A stretch of DNA of 64,000 nt from an uncultured Bacilli bacterium (lineage in GTDB: Bacteria; Bacillota_I; Bacilli_A; RF39; UBA660), in the NCBI GenBank assembly GCA_934190785.1, contig CAKPTA010000001.1, positions 13,514 through 77,513 of the forward strand, in the 5' to 3' direction. Position numbers and translations under genes: made by a program. The notes below the pieces were generated by a model, which made no database searches, was not told the DNA's origin, and saw nothing but the letters and a program-made list of their open reading frames with translations. Below, in pieces: positions 9,959 to 18,094 of this stretch (positions are counted from its first letter, which is position 1; each line of letters begins with the position of its first letter).

Positions 9959-10653
9959 TGTATATATATGGTAAAAATGTTGTCGAAGAAGCAATTTTAA
10001 AAAAAGAAAAAATAACAAAAGCTATAATTTATGAAAAATTTAATGATAAAAATTTAATTTCTGCTTTACAGAAATTGAATATTCCAATTCGTTATGCTCC
10101 AAAATTTGAATTAGATAAACTTGTAAATGGAATGCATCAAGGTATAATTGTAAGTGTCCCTGATTATGAGTATGCTAGCATAGATGATTTTATACATGAA
10201 GATAATGCACTTGTTGTTATTTTAGATCACCTAGAAGATCCACATAATCTTGGAGCTATTATTCGTACATGTGAGGCTGCAGGAGTATCTGGGATAATTA
10301 TACCAAAGGATCGATCTGTTTTAGTTAATGCTACTGTAATAAAAGTTAGTACTGGTGCTACTAGTAATATGAAAATAGCTCGTGTTACTAATATTGTTAA
10401 AACCATTGAAGAAATGAAAAAAGATGGATTTTGGATTGTTGGAAGCGATATGAATGGAACTAGTTATGATGAGATTGATTACCGTGGTAAAACTGCTATA
10501 GTTATTGGAAATGAAGGCTCTGGGATGAGTAGATTAGTTCGTGAATCTTGTGACTTTATTGCTAGTATTCCAATGATAGGGACAACTAATAGCTTGAATG
10601 CCAGTGTTGCAACTGGAATTCTAATTTATGAAGCTTTGCGTAAAAGAAAGTAG
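9958..10653 (+). CDS. rlmB: 23S rRNA (Gm2251) 2'-O-methyltransferase, SpoU/TrmH family
   Basis: SpoU motifs 'HLEDPHNLGAIIRTCEAAGV' and 'IVIGNEGSGMS'; conserved position before sigH. Confidence 0.8.
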   Translation: MYIYGKNVVEEAILKKEKITKAIIYEKFNDKNLISALQKLNIPIRYAPKFELDKLVNGMHQGIIVSVPDYEYASIDDFIHEDNALVVILDHLEDPHNLGAIIRTCEAAGVSGIIIPKDRSVLVNATVIKVSTGATSNMKIARVTNIVKTIEEMKKDGFWIVGSDMNGTSYDEIDYRGKTAIVIGNEGSGMSRLVRESCDFIASIPMIGTTNSLNASVATGILIYEALRKRK

Positions 10654-10659
10654 GTAGAT

Positions 10660-11274
10660 ATGAATTATAGTGACTACAATGACTATGAATTACTTAGTTA
10701 TGTTCAGGAAAATAATGAAGAAGCTGTAGAGGTATTATATAAAAAATATGAACCATTAATATCTTCAATCGCACATAAAATGTATAGGTATACTCCTAAA
10801 TGTGGTATAGATGTAAATGATTTAAAACAGGAAGGTCGTCTTGGGTTATCAAAAGCTATTTTAGAGTATAAAGATTCTATGAATACAACTTTTTATACTT
10901 TTGCTAAGACTTGTATTGAAAGAAAAATAATTACAGCTGTAATTGCAACAAGGAGATTGAAACATAAGTTTTTAAATGAGTCGCTATCTTTAAACATTGA
11001 ATCTGATGGTAAATCTATTTCATTAGATGAGTTTTTAGGTGATAATGGAAGTAATCCAGAATATGTACTTTTGGATGTTGAAAATTATAATTATATCTTA
11101 GACAAAATATCTGAGGAATTAACAGTACTTGAGAAGCAAGTCTTTAGTCTTCGAATTAGCGGCCTTAGTTATAAAGAAATTGCTGATATTTTATCTTATA
11201 AAGAAAAAGTTATTGATAATTGTTTACAGAGAATAAAAGCAAAAGCTAAAAAAGTTTTGAAAAATATGGAATGA
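10660..11274 (+). CDS. sigH: RNA polymerase sigma factor, SigH-like (sigma-70 family)
   Basis: Sigma-70 regions 2 and 4 ('ELTVLEKQVFSLRISGLSYKEIADIL'); synteny rlmB–sigH–…–secE–nusG matches Bacillus. Confidence 0.65.
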   Translation: MNYSDYNDYELLSYVQENNEEAVEVLYKKYEPLISSIAHKMYRYTPKCGIDVNDLKQEGRLGLSKAILEYKDSMNTTFYTFAKTCIERKIITAVIATRRLKHKFLNESLSLNIESDGKSISLDEFLGDNGSNPEYVLLDVENYNYILDKISEELTVLEKQVFSLRISGLSYKEIADILSYKEKVIDNCLQRIKAKAKKVLKNME

Positions 11275-11395
11275 TAAATTTTATTTAAAAAAGTAAAAAA
11301 AGATGTACATTTTACTTTTTTTTTGTTATACTAATTGTGATATTAGTAATATAGGGGACTAATGATTATACAAAAGAATAAAAGGAGATGTTTTT

Positions 11396-12418
11396 ATGGC
11401 GGAAAAAAAAGATAATGCAGTAGAAGAGATTGAAAGTAAAATTACTGATGAAGAAAATATAGAACCTATTGAAATGGATGATGATTTTTATTATCCTGAA
11501 ATTGATACTTTAGATGACGAAATTAATGCACATAGTGATAAGGATATTAAGGTACCAGATATAAAGCTTGATGAATCTTTAGGTCTTGGTGATGATATAA
11601 AAGAACCACTTGTTTTTAATGCACCAATAGAAAATGAAAAAATGATTTCTTCTTCAAATACTTCTTCAGCAAATAATTCTGATTTTGATACTTTGTTTGA
11701 CAATTTATACAATGATGTTGCAGGAGCAAATAAATTTATATCTAATTTAATTGAGCAAAAGAAAAGTGTTACTGATAATGCAGCAAATCTTGAAGAAGAT
11801 AGAGATAAATTAGAAAAAGAAAAAGCTGAATTTGAACGCTATGTTGAAAGTCAAAAACAAAGTATTGAACTTGCTAAAGCTCAATGTGACGAGTATGTTC
11901 GTACACAAAAGGCAAGAATTCAGAATGAAGAAGCCCAATTTAATGCTGACCAAGAAGCAGCACGAGCTGAGTTAGATCTTAATGATGCCTCTGTTAAAGC
12001 AGCTTCTGAAAAATTAGATTCTGAAAAAACACAATTTTATGTTTATAAAGAGCTAGAAGAAAAGAGACTTGAAGCAGAAAAAGAAAAAGTAGAAAGTGAT
12101 AGAAAAAAATTAGATGCTGATATAAAGCAATTTAATAATGAACAAGATGTTGCATTAACGAAATTAAAATCAGAGCAAGAAGAACTTCAAAATGAAAAAG
12201 ATCAATTCGAAAAATCTAAAAATATTGATTTAGAAAAAATAAAAAATGCACAATTAGAAATTGTAAGTCAAAGAGAACAATTTGAAAAGTTTAAAGATAT
12301 AGAAGAGAAAAAGCTTGAACTTGAAAGTAAAAACTTGTCACAAAGTGTAGCACGTTTTAGAGAACTTGTTTCACAATTTAATTCTGGATTCCAACAATTA
12401 CCTGAAGATAAACGTTAG
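11396..12418 (+). CDS. hypothetical acidic coiled-coil protein (paralog 1)
   Basis: AGGAG RBS. Acidic N-terminus, then long heptad-like 'KxDxEKxQFExxK' repeats; C-terminus 'ARFRELVSQFNSGF'. Confidence 0.6.
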   Translation: MAEKKDNAVEEIESKITDEENIEPIEMDDDFYYPEIDTLDDEINAHSDKDIKVPDIKLDESLGLGDDIKEPLVFNAPIENEKMISSSNTSSANNSDFDTLFDNLYNDVAGANKFISNLIEQKKSVTDNAANLEEDRDKLEKEKAEFERYVESQKQSIELAKAQCDEYVRTQKARIQNEEAQFNADQEAARAELDLNDASVKAASEKLDSEKTQFYVYKELEEKRLEAEKEKVESDRKKLDADIKQFNNEQDVALTKLKSEQEELQNEKDQFEKSKNIDLEKIKNAQLEIVSQREQFEKFKDIEEKKLELESKNLSQSVARFRELVSQFNSGFQQLPEDKR

Positions 12419-12432
12419 TAGAGGTATAAGTA

Positions 12433-13350
12433 ATGAATGAGAATAAGGTTAGGGATAATGAGTCTTTAGATATTAAATTTAAAGATAAGAAAAAGGACAA
12501 AAAAAATAAACCAAAAGACGGAAGCTTTGATTTACTTTCAAGTGCTGGTGATGATTATTTAAATAAATTGTCAGGTGAAAACGAGGCTATCAAGGAAAGT
12601 GAAGAAAAAGATGCAGATACATTACTTGATACGCATGAATTTGATCTTTCAATTGATTTAAATAATTCTGATGCAGCTACTTTAGACTCTAATGATGAAA
12701 AAAATACTTCTACAATTGAAACAAAAGTAGTTAATGATGACTCTAGAAAACTAAGTGATGAAAAAAATAGTAGTTCAGAAAAAAAAGATACTAAGGATTT
12801 AAATAGCATTTTTGAAATAGTTAATAACAACGTAAAAGAAGCTACTAATTTATTCAATAAAAATATTGAAATGAAAAGAAAAATTGAAGAACAACTTGAT
12901 GCTCTTAGAAAAGATAAAGAAGAACATGAAGCTAAAAAGAATGCTGATTATCAAAAAATTAAAACTTATAAACAAGAAGTATATGATAAATTAAAAGCAA
13001 AAAAAGAAGAAGTTGAAAGTGAAATTGCTTCTTTAAAAGAAACACAAATAAAAATTATTAACGAAAAAAACAAGTTTGAAAAATATAAAAGAGAAGAGCT
13101 TACTAGATTAAAAGAACAGGAAGCAAAGAATCAAATTATATTGGAGGAAGAAAAGGCAAAACTTGAAGAAGAAAAAAATAAATTGAAAGTAGAAAAAAAT
13201 TCATTAGAGGAAGCTAAACATTCTTTAGAGCTTGATAGAATTAAATATGAAAATGATAAAAATGAACTTGCCAATAATTTGATGAAATTTAATGAATTGG
13301 TTGGAGATTTTACCGTTGGAATTGATAGATTCAATTTAGATGATAATTAA
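12433..13350 (+). CDS. hypothetical acidic coiled-coil protein (paralog 2)
   Basis: Same architecture as 11396..12418; C-terminus 'MKFNELVGDFTVG' is parallel to paralog 1. Confidence 0.6.
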   Translation: MNENKVRDNESLDIKFKDKKKDKKNKPKDGSFDLLSSAGDDYLNKLSGENEAIKESEEKDADTLLDTHEFDLSIDLNNSDAATLDSNDEKNTSTIETKVVNDDSRKLSDEKNSSSEKKDTKDLNSIFEIVNNNVKEATNLFNKNIEMKRKIEEQLDALRKDKEEHEAKKNADYQKIKTYKQEVYDKLKAKKEEVESEIASLKETQIKIINEKNKFEKYKREELTRLKEQEAKNQIILEEEKAKLEEEKNKLKVEKNSLEEAKHSLELDRIKYENDKNELANNLMKFNELVGDFTVGIDRFNLDDN

Positions 13351-13373
13351 GAGATTTTAAATCTCTTTTTTTG
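13351..13373 (+). terminator. rho-independent terminator
   Basis: Hairpin GAGATTTTAAATCTC followed by T7. Confidence 0.6.
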
Positions 13374-13397
13374 TATATATTTTAGTTGTAAATATGA

Positions 13398-13426
13398 TTG
13401 ACGAAACATAAAATGTATGGTATTAT
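13398..13426 (+). promoter_or_regulatory. sigma-A-type promoter for secE–nusG
   Basis: TTGACG, 17-nt spacer, TGgTATTAT extended −10. Confidence 0.5.
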
Positions 13427-13480
13427 TTACTTAGACACGTAAGTGTTTTTTATTTGGAAATTTTGAAAGTTGGTGGAGAG

Positions 13481-13651
13481 ATGAAAAATTTTTTAATTGA
13501 TGTCAAAAATGAATTAAAAAAAGTCAGATGGCTTAATAAAAAAGAAATGACTAAATACTCTATCGCTACAGTTGCATTTATTCTAATTTTTTCTATATTT
13601 TTTGGAGGACTTGATTTAATTCTTGCAGGAATTAAATCAATTATTAAATAG
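13481..13651 (+). CDS. secE: preprotein translocase subunit SecE
   Basis: 56-aa single-TM protein 'KKVRWLNKKEMTKYSIATVAFILIF'. GGTGGAGAG RBS before ATG 13481; immediately upstream of nusG. Confidence 0.8.
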   Translation: MKNFLIDVKNELKKVRWLNKKEMTKYSIATVAFILIFSIFFGGLDLILAGIKSIIK

Positions 13652-13652
13652 T

Positions 13653-14177
13653 ATGCAAAAAGAATGGTATGTAGTAAATACTTATTCAGGACATGAAAAT
13701 AAAGTAAAAGAAAAATTAGAAATGCGTGCAAGTTCAATGGGAATGGAAGACTATATATATAGAGTTGTTGTTCCAGAACAAGTAGAGGTAGATGAAAAGG
13801 GAAAAGAAAAAACAAAAAAAATGTTTCCAGGATACATTTTGGTTGAAATGGTAATGAATGATGAGGCTTGGTTTATTGTTCGTAATACACCAGGTGTAAC
13901 AGGATTTATTGGTTCTTCTGGTAAAGGAGCTAAACCATTTCCTTTAACTCCAGCTGAAGTTGATAAAATACTAGGAAGTATGGGAATGAGCAGACTTGAA
14001 ATTGGAAACTCATTAAATGTTGATGACAGTGTTAAGGTAATTAGCGGACCATTTGCTAATATGTACGGAAAAATTAAAAAGATTGATATGGAAAACCAAA
14101 AACTAGAAGTATTACTAGATTTATTTGGACAAGAAACTTCTGTTGAGCTTGGGCTTACAGAAATAGAAAAGGCTTAA
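13653..14177 (+). CDS. nusG: transcription termination/antitermination factor NusG
   Basis: 'KEWYVVNTYSGHENKV' N-terminus, and KOW motif 'GPFANMYGKIKKID'. Confidence 0.9.
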   Translation: MQKEWYVVNTYSGHENKVKEKLEMRASSMGMEDYIYRVVVPEQVEVDEKGKEKTKKMFPGYILVEMVMNDEAWFIVRNTPGVTGFIGSSGKGAKPFPLTPAEVDKILGSMGMSRLEIGNSLNVDDSVKVISGPFANMYGKIKKIDMENQKLEVLLDLFGQETSVELGLTEIEKA

Positions 14178-14187
14178 TTGGTGAGTT

Positions 14188-14952
14188 ATGATAAAACTTG
14201 ATAACAGAATTAACAACAATAGTGATGCAGCAGAATGCTTTTCATTAATTGGTGAATGTATAAAATTTTATGATGAAATGGATGGTAAGGCACTAGAACA
14301 TATAAAAGTTTTATATGATGTATTAAATAGAGATATTGATACAAGATTGCTTAGTGATAAGTATTTAGGAAAATATCTTGGGCTTAAAGTTTTCTTTTGT
14401 AGTGGACTAGATGGTTATGGCATATTTTCTGGAAATGAAGTTATTAGTCAAAAATGTGAAAAAGAAATGTATAAAACTTTAAAAGATCTATGCTTTCTTA
14501 GTAAGGCTTGTAGTTATAGTGAATTTAAAGATGCTAATAAGGACGTTTGTTTAGAAACTAATGAAGAGTTAAATAAAATCTATAGTATATTAAATAATGA
14601 TTTTAAAATATTATTTGATAATATGGATTCATTTAAAAGAAGAAGTGATTTTTCTTCAGAACTTCGTTTTGTCTTAAATAGCTTTGATGATATGCGTCAA
14701 CCATCATTAAATAGAGAATATATGGATAGTAGCGAGGATATTTCTATTATTCCATATTATTATGTATCTAGTTCATTTATAAAAGAATATTCTAAATTAG
14801 GACAAGAATATAAGAATTTTTTTCAAAAATTATATGAGTATCAGTTAAAATATAATTTGAAGACGAATAAAATAAATGTGGATTCATATGTTAGTGAATC
14901 TAATCGTTTAGTGTGTATTGTTTCTAAGAAAAAGCAAAAGATAAATAAATAG
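14188..14952 (+). CDS. hypothetical protein (no recognisable domain) inserted between nusG and rplK
   Basis: 254-aa ORF with biased composition typical of this genome. The weak GGTGAG RBS is close to the ATG. Confidence 0.45.
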   Translation: MIKLDNRINNNSDAAECFSLIGECIKFYDEMDGKALEHIKVLYDVLNRDIDTRLLSDKYLGKYLGLKVFFCSGLDGYGIFSGNEVISQKCEKEMYKTLKDLCFLSKACSYSEFKDANKDVCLETNEELNKIYSILNNDFKILFDNMDSFKRRSDFSSELRFVLNSFDDMRQPSLNREYMDSSEDISIIPYYYVSSSFIKEYSKLGQEYKNFFQKLYEYQLKYNLKTNKINVDSYVSESNRLVCIVSKKKQKINK

Positions 14953-15083
14953 TTATTTACAAATAAAATAAAGTATGATATCATTATAGGGCTATATGTA
15001 TTTGTACATATAGGAAAAGTGGGAGATGTTTTATGCGGATATCATTAATACCACTCGCGAAAAAAATATAGGAGGTGTTTTTC

Positions 15084-15509
15084 GTGGCAAAAGAAATAGT
15101 TAAGGAAATTAAATTACAAATTCCTGCTGGAAAAGCAACACCAGCGCCACCAGTCGGAACTGTTTTAGGACCTGCTGGAATTAATTTACAGGAATTTTGT
15201 ACAAAATATAATGATGCAACAAGAGATAAAATGGGAGATATAATACCAGTTGTAATTCATATTTATGATGATAGAAGTTTTGACTTTGTATTAAAAACTC
15301 CACCAGCTGCTGAGTTAATTAAGAAAACTGCTGGAATTAAAAAGGGTTCTACTAAAGGTGCAAGTGAAACAGTTGCAACTATAACAAAGGATCAATTAAA
15401 AGAAATTGCAGAAATTAAATTGCCAGATTTAAACGCTTATAGTATTGAAGAAGCTATGAAAATAGTTGAAGGTACTGCTCGTAACATGGGCGTTGAAGTC
15501 AAAGATTAA
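15084..15509 (+). CDS. rplK: 50S ribosomal protein L11
   Basis: 'AKEIVKEIKLQIPAGKATPAPPVGTVLGPAGIN'. GGAGGTG RBS before GTG 15084; the track start at 15075 is upstream of the RBS. Confidence 0.9.
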   Translation: MAKEIVKEIKLQIPAGKATPAPPVGTVLGPAGINLQEFCTKYNDATRDKMGDIIPVVIHIYDDRSFDFVLKTPPAAELIKKTAGIKKGSTKGASETVATITKDQLKEIAEIKLPDLNAYSIEEAMKIVEGTARNMGVEVKD

Positions 15510-15574
15510 TTACATGTAGGTTTAACCTATGTGGGAGGAAAAATCCGCATATACCACATAAGGAGGTTTAGAAA

Positions 15575-16270
15575 ATGAAGAAAAGTAAAAAGTATTTAGA
15601 AGCTTCAAAGAAAGTAGAAAAAAATAAATTATATACTAAAGAAGAAGCTATTAATTTAGTTAAGGAAACAGCAACTGCTAATTTTGATTCTTCAATTGAA
15701 TTAGCAATGCGTTTAAACCTTGATACAAAAAAAGCAGATCAACAATTAAGAGGTGCTTTAGTATTACCTAATGGAACTGGTAAGACTAAGAGAGTACTTG
15801 TTATTGCAAAGGGAGAAGCTGCTAAGGCTGCAAAAGAAGCAGGTGCAGATTATGTAGGAGATACAGATTTACTAGATAAGATTGCAAATGAAAACTGGTT
15901 TGAATTTGATACTATGATTGCAACACCAGACATGATGCCAGCTTTAGGAAAAATTGGTAGAATTTTAGGACCAAAAGGACTTATGCCAAACCCAAAAACA
16001 GGAACAGTTACAATGGATACTAAAACTGCTGTTGAAGACGTTAAAAAAGGACGTGTAGAGTATCGTACAGATAGTTATGGTAATGTTCATGTTATTATTG
16101 GTAAAGCTTCATTTGATTCAGAAAAATTACTTGAAAATTTAAATGCTTTTGTATCTTTAATCGTTAAATCAAAACCAGCAGTAGTAAAAGGGAAATATAT
16201 TTTAAATATATCTGTTTCTTCTACTATGGGTCCTGGAGTTAAGATTGATACAAATTCCTTTGACAATTAA
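15575..16270 (+). CDS. rplA: 50S ribosomal protein L1
   Basis: Typical L1 sequence ('…[24 protein letters not shown]…'), AAGGAGG RBS. Confidence 0.9.
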   Translation: MKKSKKYLEASKKVEKNKLYTKEEAINLVKETATANFDSSIELAMRLNLDTKKADQQLRGALVLPNGTGKTKRVLVIAKGEAAKAAKEAGADYVGDTDLLDKIANENWFEFDTMIATPDMMPALGKIGRILGPKGLMPNPKTGTVTMDTKTAVEDVKKGRVEYRTDSYGNVHVIIGKASFDSEKLLENLNAFVSLIVKSKPAVVKGKYILNISVSSTMGPGVKIDTNSFDN

Positions 16271-16299
16271 TAATTAATATGTTATAATAACATTGTTTT

Positions 16300-16430
16300 G
16301 AAGAAATTGTACCGTAGACAGTAGGTGTGGCGACACTTAATATCCTACCGAGGAACTTGAATAATTTTAAGTCTTTCGGCCTTACTGTCTTTATGAAGTA
16401 AGGCTTTTTTATACGGCACTAGAAAGGTAA
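16300..16430 (+). promoter_or_regulatory. ribosomal protein L10 leader (rplJ autoregulatory cis element) with attenuator hairpin at 16378..16411
   Basis: 'GUACCGUAGACAGUAGG…CCUACCGAGG' motif characteristic of the Firmicutes L10 leader. GGCCTTAC…GTAAGGC hairpin plus T6 lies just before rplJ. Confidence 0.55.
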
Positions 16431-16440
16431 GGTGCAAGTT

Positions 16441-16932
16441 ATGGCAAATCAAAAAATTATTGACGCAAAAGCAACAGTTGTAGATGAAATCGCTGAAAAA
16501 ATGAAATCATCTGCTACATATGTATTATTTGATTACCAAGGACTTACAGTTTCTGATACTAATGAACTTAGAAGAAAATTAAGAGAATCAGGATCTGACT
16601 TAAAGGTATACAAAAATACATTAACAGCTCGTGCTTTAGAAAAATTAAATATCAATTTATCTGAACATTTAAACGGGCCAAAAGCAATCGCATTTGGAAC
16701 AGATGCAGTTGCTCCAATCAAAGCACTTAGTGACTTTGCAAAAACACATAGTGCTCTAGAAATGAGAGTTGGTGTTGTTGACGGAGAAGTTGCTGATATT
16801 AACATGTTAAATGAATTAGCATCTATTCCATCAAGAGAAGGATTACTTACAATGTTTGCAAGTGGACTTCTTGCAATTCCAAAAGATTTTGCAATTTGCT
16901 TAGATTTACATAGTAAAAATTTAGAAGGTTAA
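16441..16932 (+). CDS. rplJ: 50S ribosomal protein L10
   Basis: L10 sequence; ATG 16441 follows a GAAAGGTAAGGTG RBS. Confidence 0.9.
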   Translation: MANQKIIDAKATVVDEIAEKMKSSATYVLFDYQGLTVSDTNELRRKLRESGSDLKVYKNTLTARALEKLNINLSEHLNGPKAIAFGTDAVAPIKALSDFAKTHSALEMRVGVVDGEVADINMLNELASIPSREGLLTMFASGLLAIPKDFAICLDLHSKNLEG

Positions 16933-16954
16933 TAGAAAGAAGGAGGAATGTAGA

Positions 16955-17320
16955 ATGGCAAAATTAAGCGCAAAAGAAATTATCGATTCACTAAAAGAAA
17001 TGACTCTTTTAGAAATCAAAGAAGTAGTAGATTTAATGAAGGAAGAATTTGGTGTTGATCCAAGTGCTGTAGCTGTAGCTGCTCAACCTGCTCAAGCTGT
17101 TGAAGAAGGACCAAGTACATTTAATGTAGCATTAACTAGTGCTGGAGCTAACAAAATCCAAGTTATTAAATTAGTAAGAGAAATTACTGGTTTAGGATTA
17201 AAAGAAGCTAAAGACTTAGCTGACAACGGTGGAGTTGTTAAAGAAAATGCTGCTAAAGAAGAAGCTGAAGAATTAAAAGCTAAATTCGAAGAAGCAGGAG
17301 CAACTATCGAGTTACAATAA
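16955..17320 (+). CDS. rplL: 50S ribosomal protein L7/L12
   Basis: 'MAKLSAKEIIDSLKEMTLLEIKEVVDLMKEEFGV…', Ala-rich hinge, C-terminal 'KEAKDLADNGG'. Confidence 0.92.
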   Translation: MAKLSAKEIIDSLKEMTLLEIKEVVDLMKEEFGVDPSAVAVAAQPAQAVEEGPSTFNVALTSAGANKIQVIKLVREITGLGLKEAKDLADNGGVVKENAAKEEAEELKAKFEEAGATIELQ

Positions 17321-17334
17321 TTTGCAGAAATGGT

Positions 17335-17365
17335 AAGCCTATACTATAAAAAATAGTATGGGCTT
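17335..17365 (+). terminator. attenuator-like hairpin downstream of rplL (weak U-tract)
   Basis: AAGCCTATACTAT-aaaaa-ATAGTATGGGCTT stem with one G·U; the following T-run is poor. Confidence 0.3.
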
Positions 17366-17403
17366 TAACCGTTTATATATATGATTATATGAAGAGGTGA
17401 TCT

Positions 17404-17994
17404 ATGTCACATTATTTTGAAAATGATGCATCACTTAAAAGTAAAGTAGTTAAAACAACATCAGTTATAAATGGCATGAATTTTGAATTTTATACTGATA
17501 ATGGCGTTTTTTCTAAACGTGGACTTGATTTTGGGACTCGTACATTACTTGAAGCACTTGATATGAATAAAATTTCTGGCAGTGTGCTTGATTTTGGTTG
17601 TGGATATGGTCCAATTGGTATCTATATAGCTAAATTTGAGCAAAATAAGGTTCATATGATTGATGTCAACAGAAGAAGCTTGGAATTGGCAAGAAAGAAT
17701 GTTGATTTGAATCATGTGAATGTTTCACTATATGAAAGTGATATATATAGTAGTGTAACGTGTAAGTTTGATTATATTATTTCTAATCCTCCAATTAGAG
17801 TTGGTAAAGAAATTTTATATAAAATTTTATTTGGTGCGAAGGATTATTTGAAGAAAAATGGAGAACTTTGGATTGTTGTTCATAAAGATCAAGGTGCTAA
17901 ATCTTTGGTAAAAGATTTAATGAATAGTTATGGCAAAGTTGAGGTTGTAACGAAAAATAAAGGATTTTATGTAATCCGTTCTGTAAACAATTGA
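17404..17994 (+). CDS. class I SAM-dependent rRNA methyltransferase (RsmC/YbxB-like)
   Basis: 'VLDFGCGYGPIG' SAM motif and 'ISNPPI' (NPP) motif; conserved position between rplL and rpoB as in B. subtilis ybxB. Confidence 0.75.
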   Translation: MSHYFENDASLKSKVVKTTSVINGMNFEFYTDNGVFSKRGLDFGTRTLLEALDMNKISGSVLDFGCGYGPIGIYIAKFEQNKVHMIDVNRRSLELARKNVDLNHVNVSLYESDIYSSVTCKFDYIISNPPIRVGKEILYKILFGAKDYLKKNGELWIVVHKDQGAKSLVKDLMNSYGKVEVVTKNKGFYVIRSVNN

Positions 17995-18094
17995 CAATTT
18001 GCAATTGTTTTGGTAAAATTATAAATTGACATATACCCATTATTAGTGGAGTATGTTCTTTTTGCAAATAAATATAGTTATAGGGGTGAATTTA

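Noticed and set aside
14953-15083. Possible L1-binding leader or leader peptide (MRISLIPLAKKI) upstream of rplK.
   Set aside because: No clear match to a known leader structure could be established by eye. Mentioned only as a candidate.
17986-18011. Hairpin AACAATTG…CAATTGTT overlapping the methyltransferase stop, as a terminator before rpoB.
   Set aside because: The U-tract is very short and rpoB is expected to be co-transcribed. It is more likely a weak attenuator or chance palindrome.
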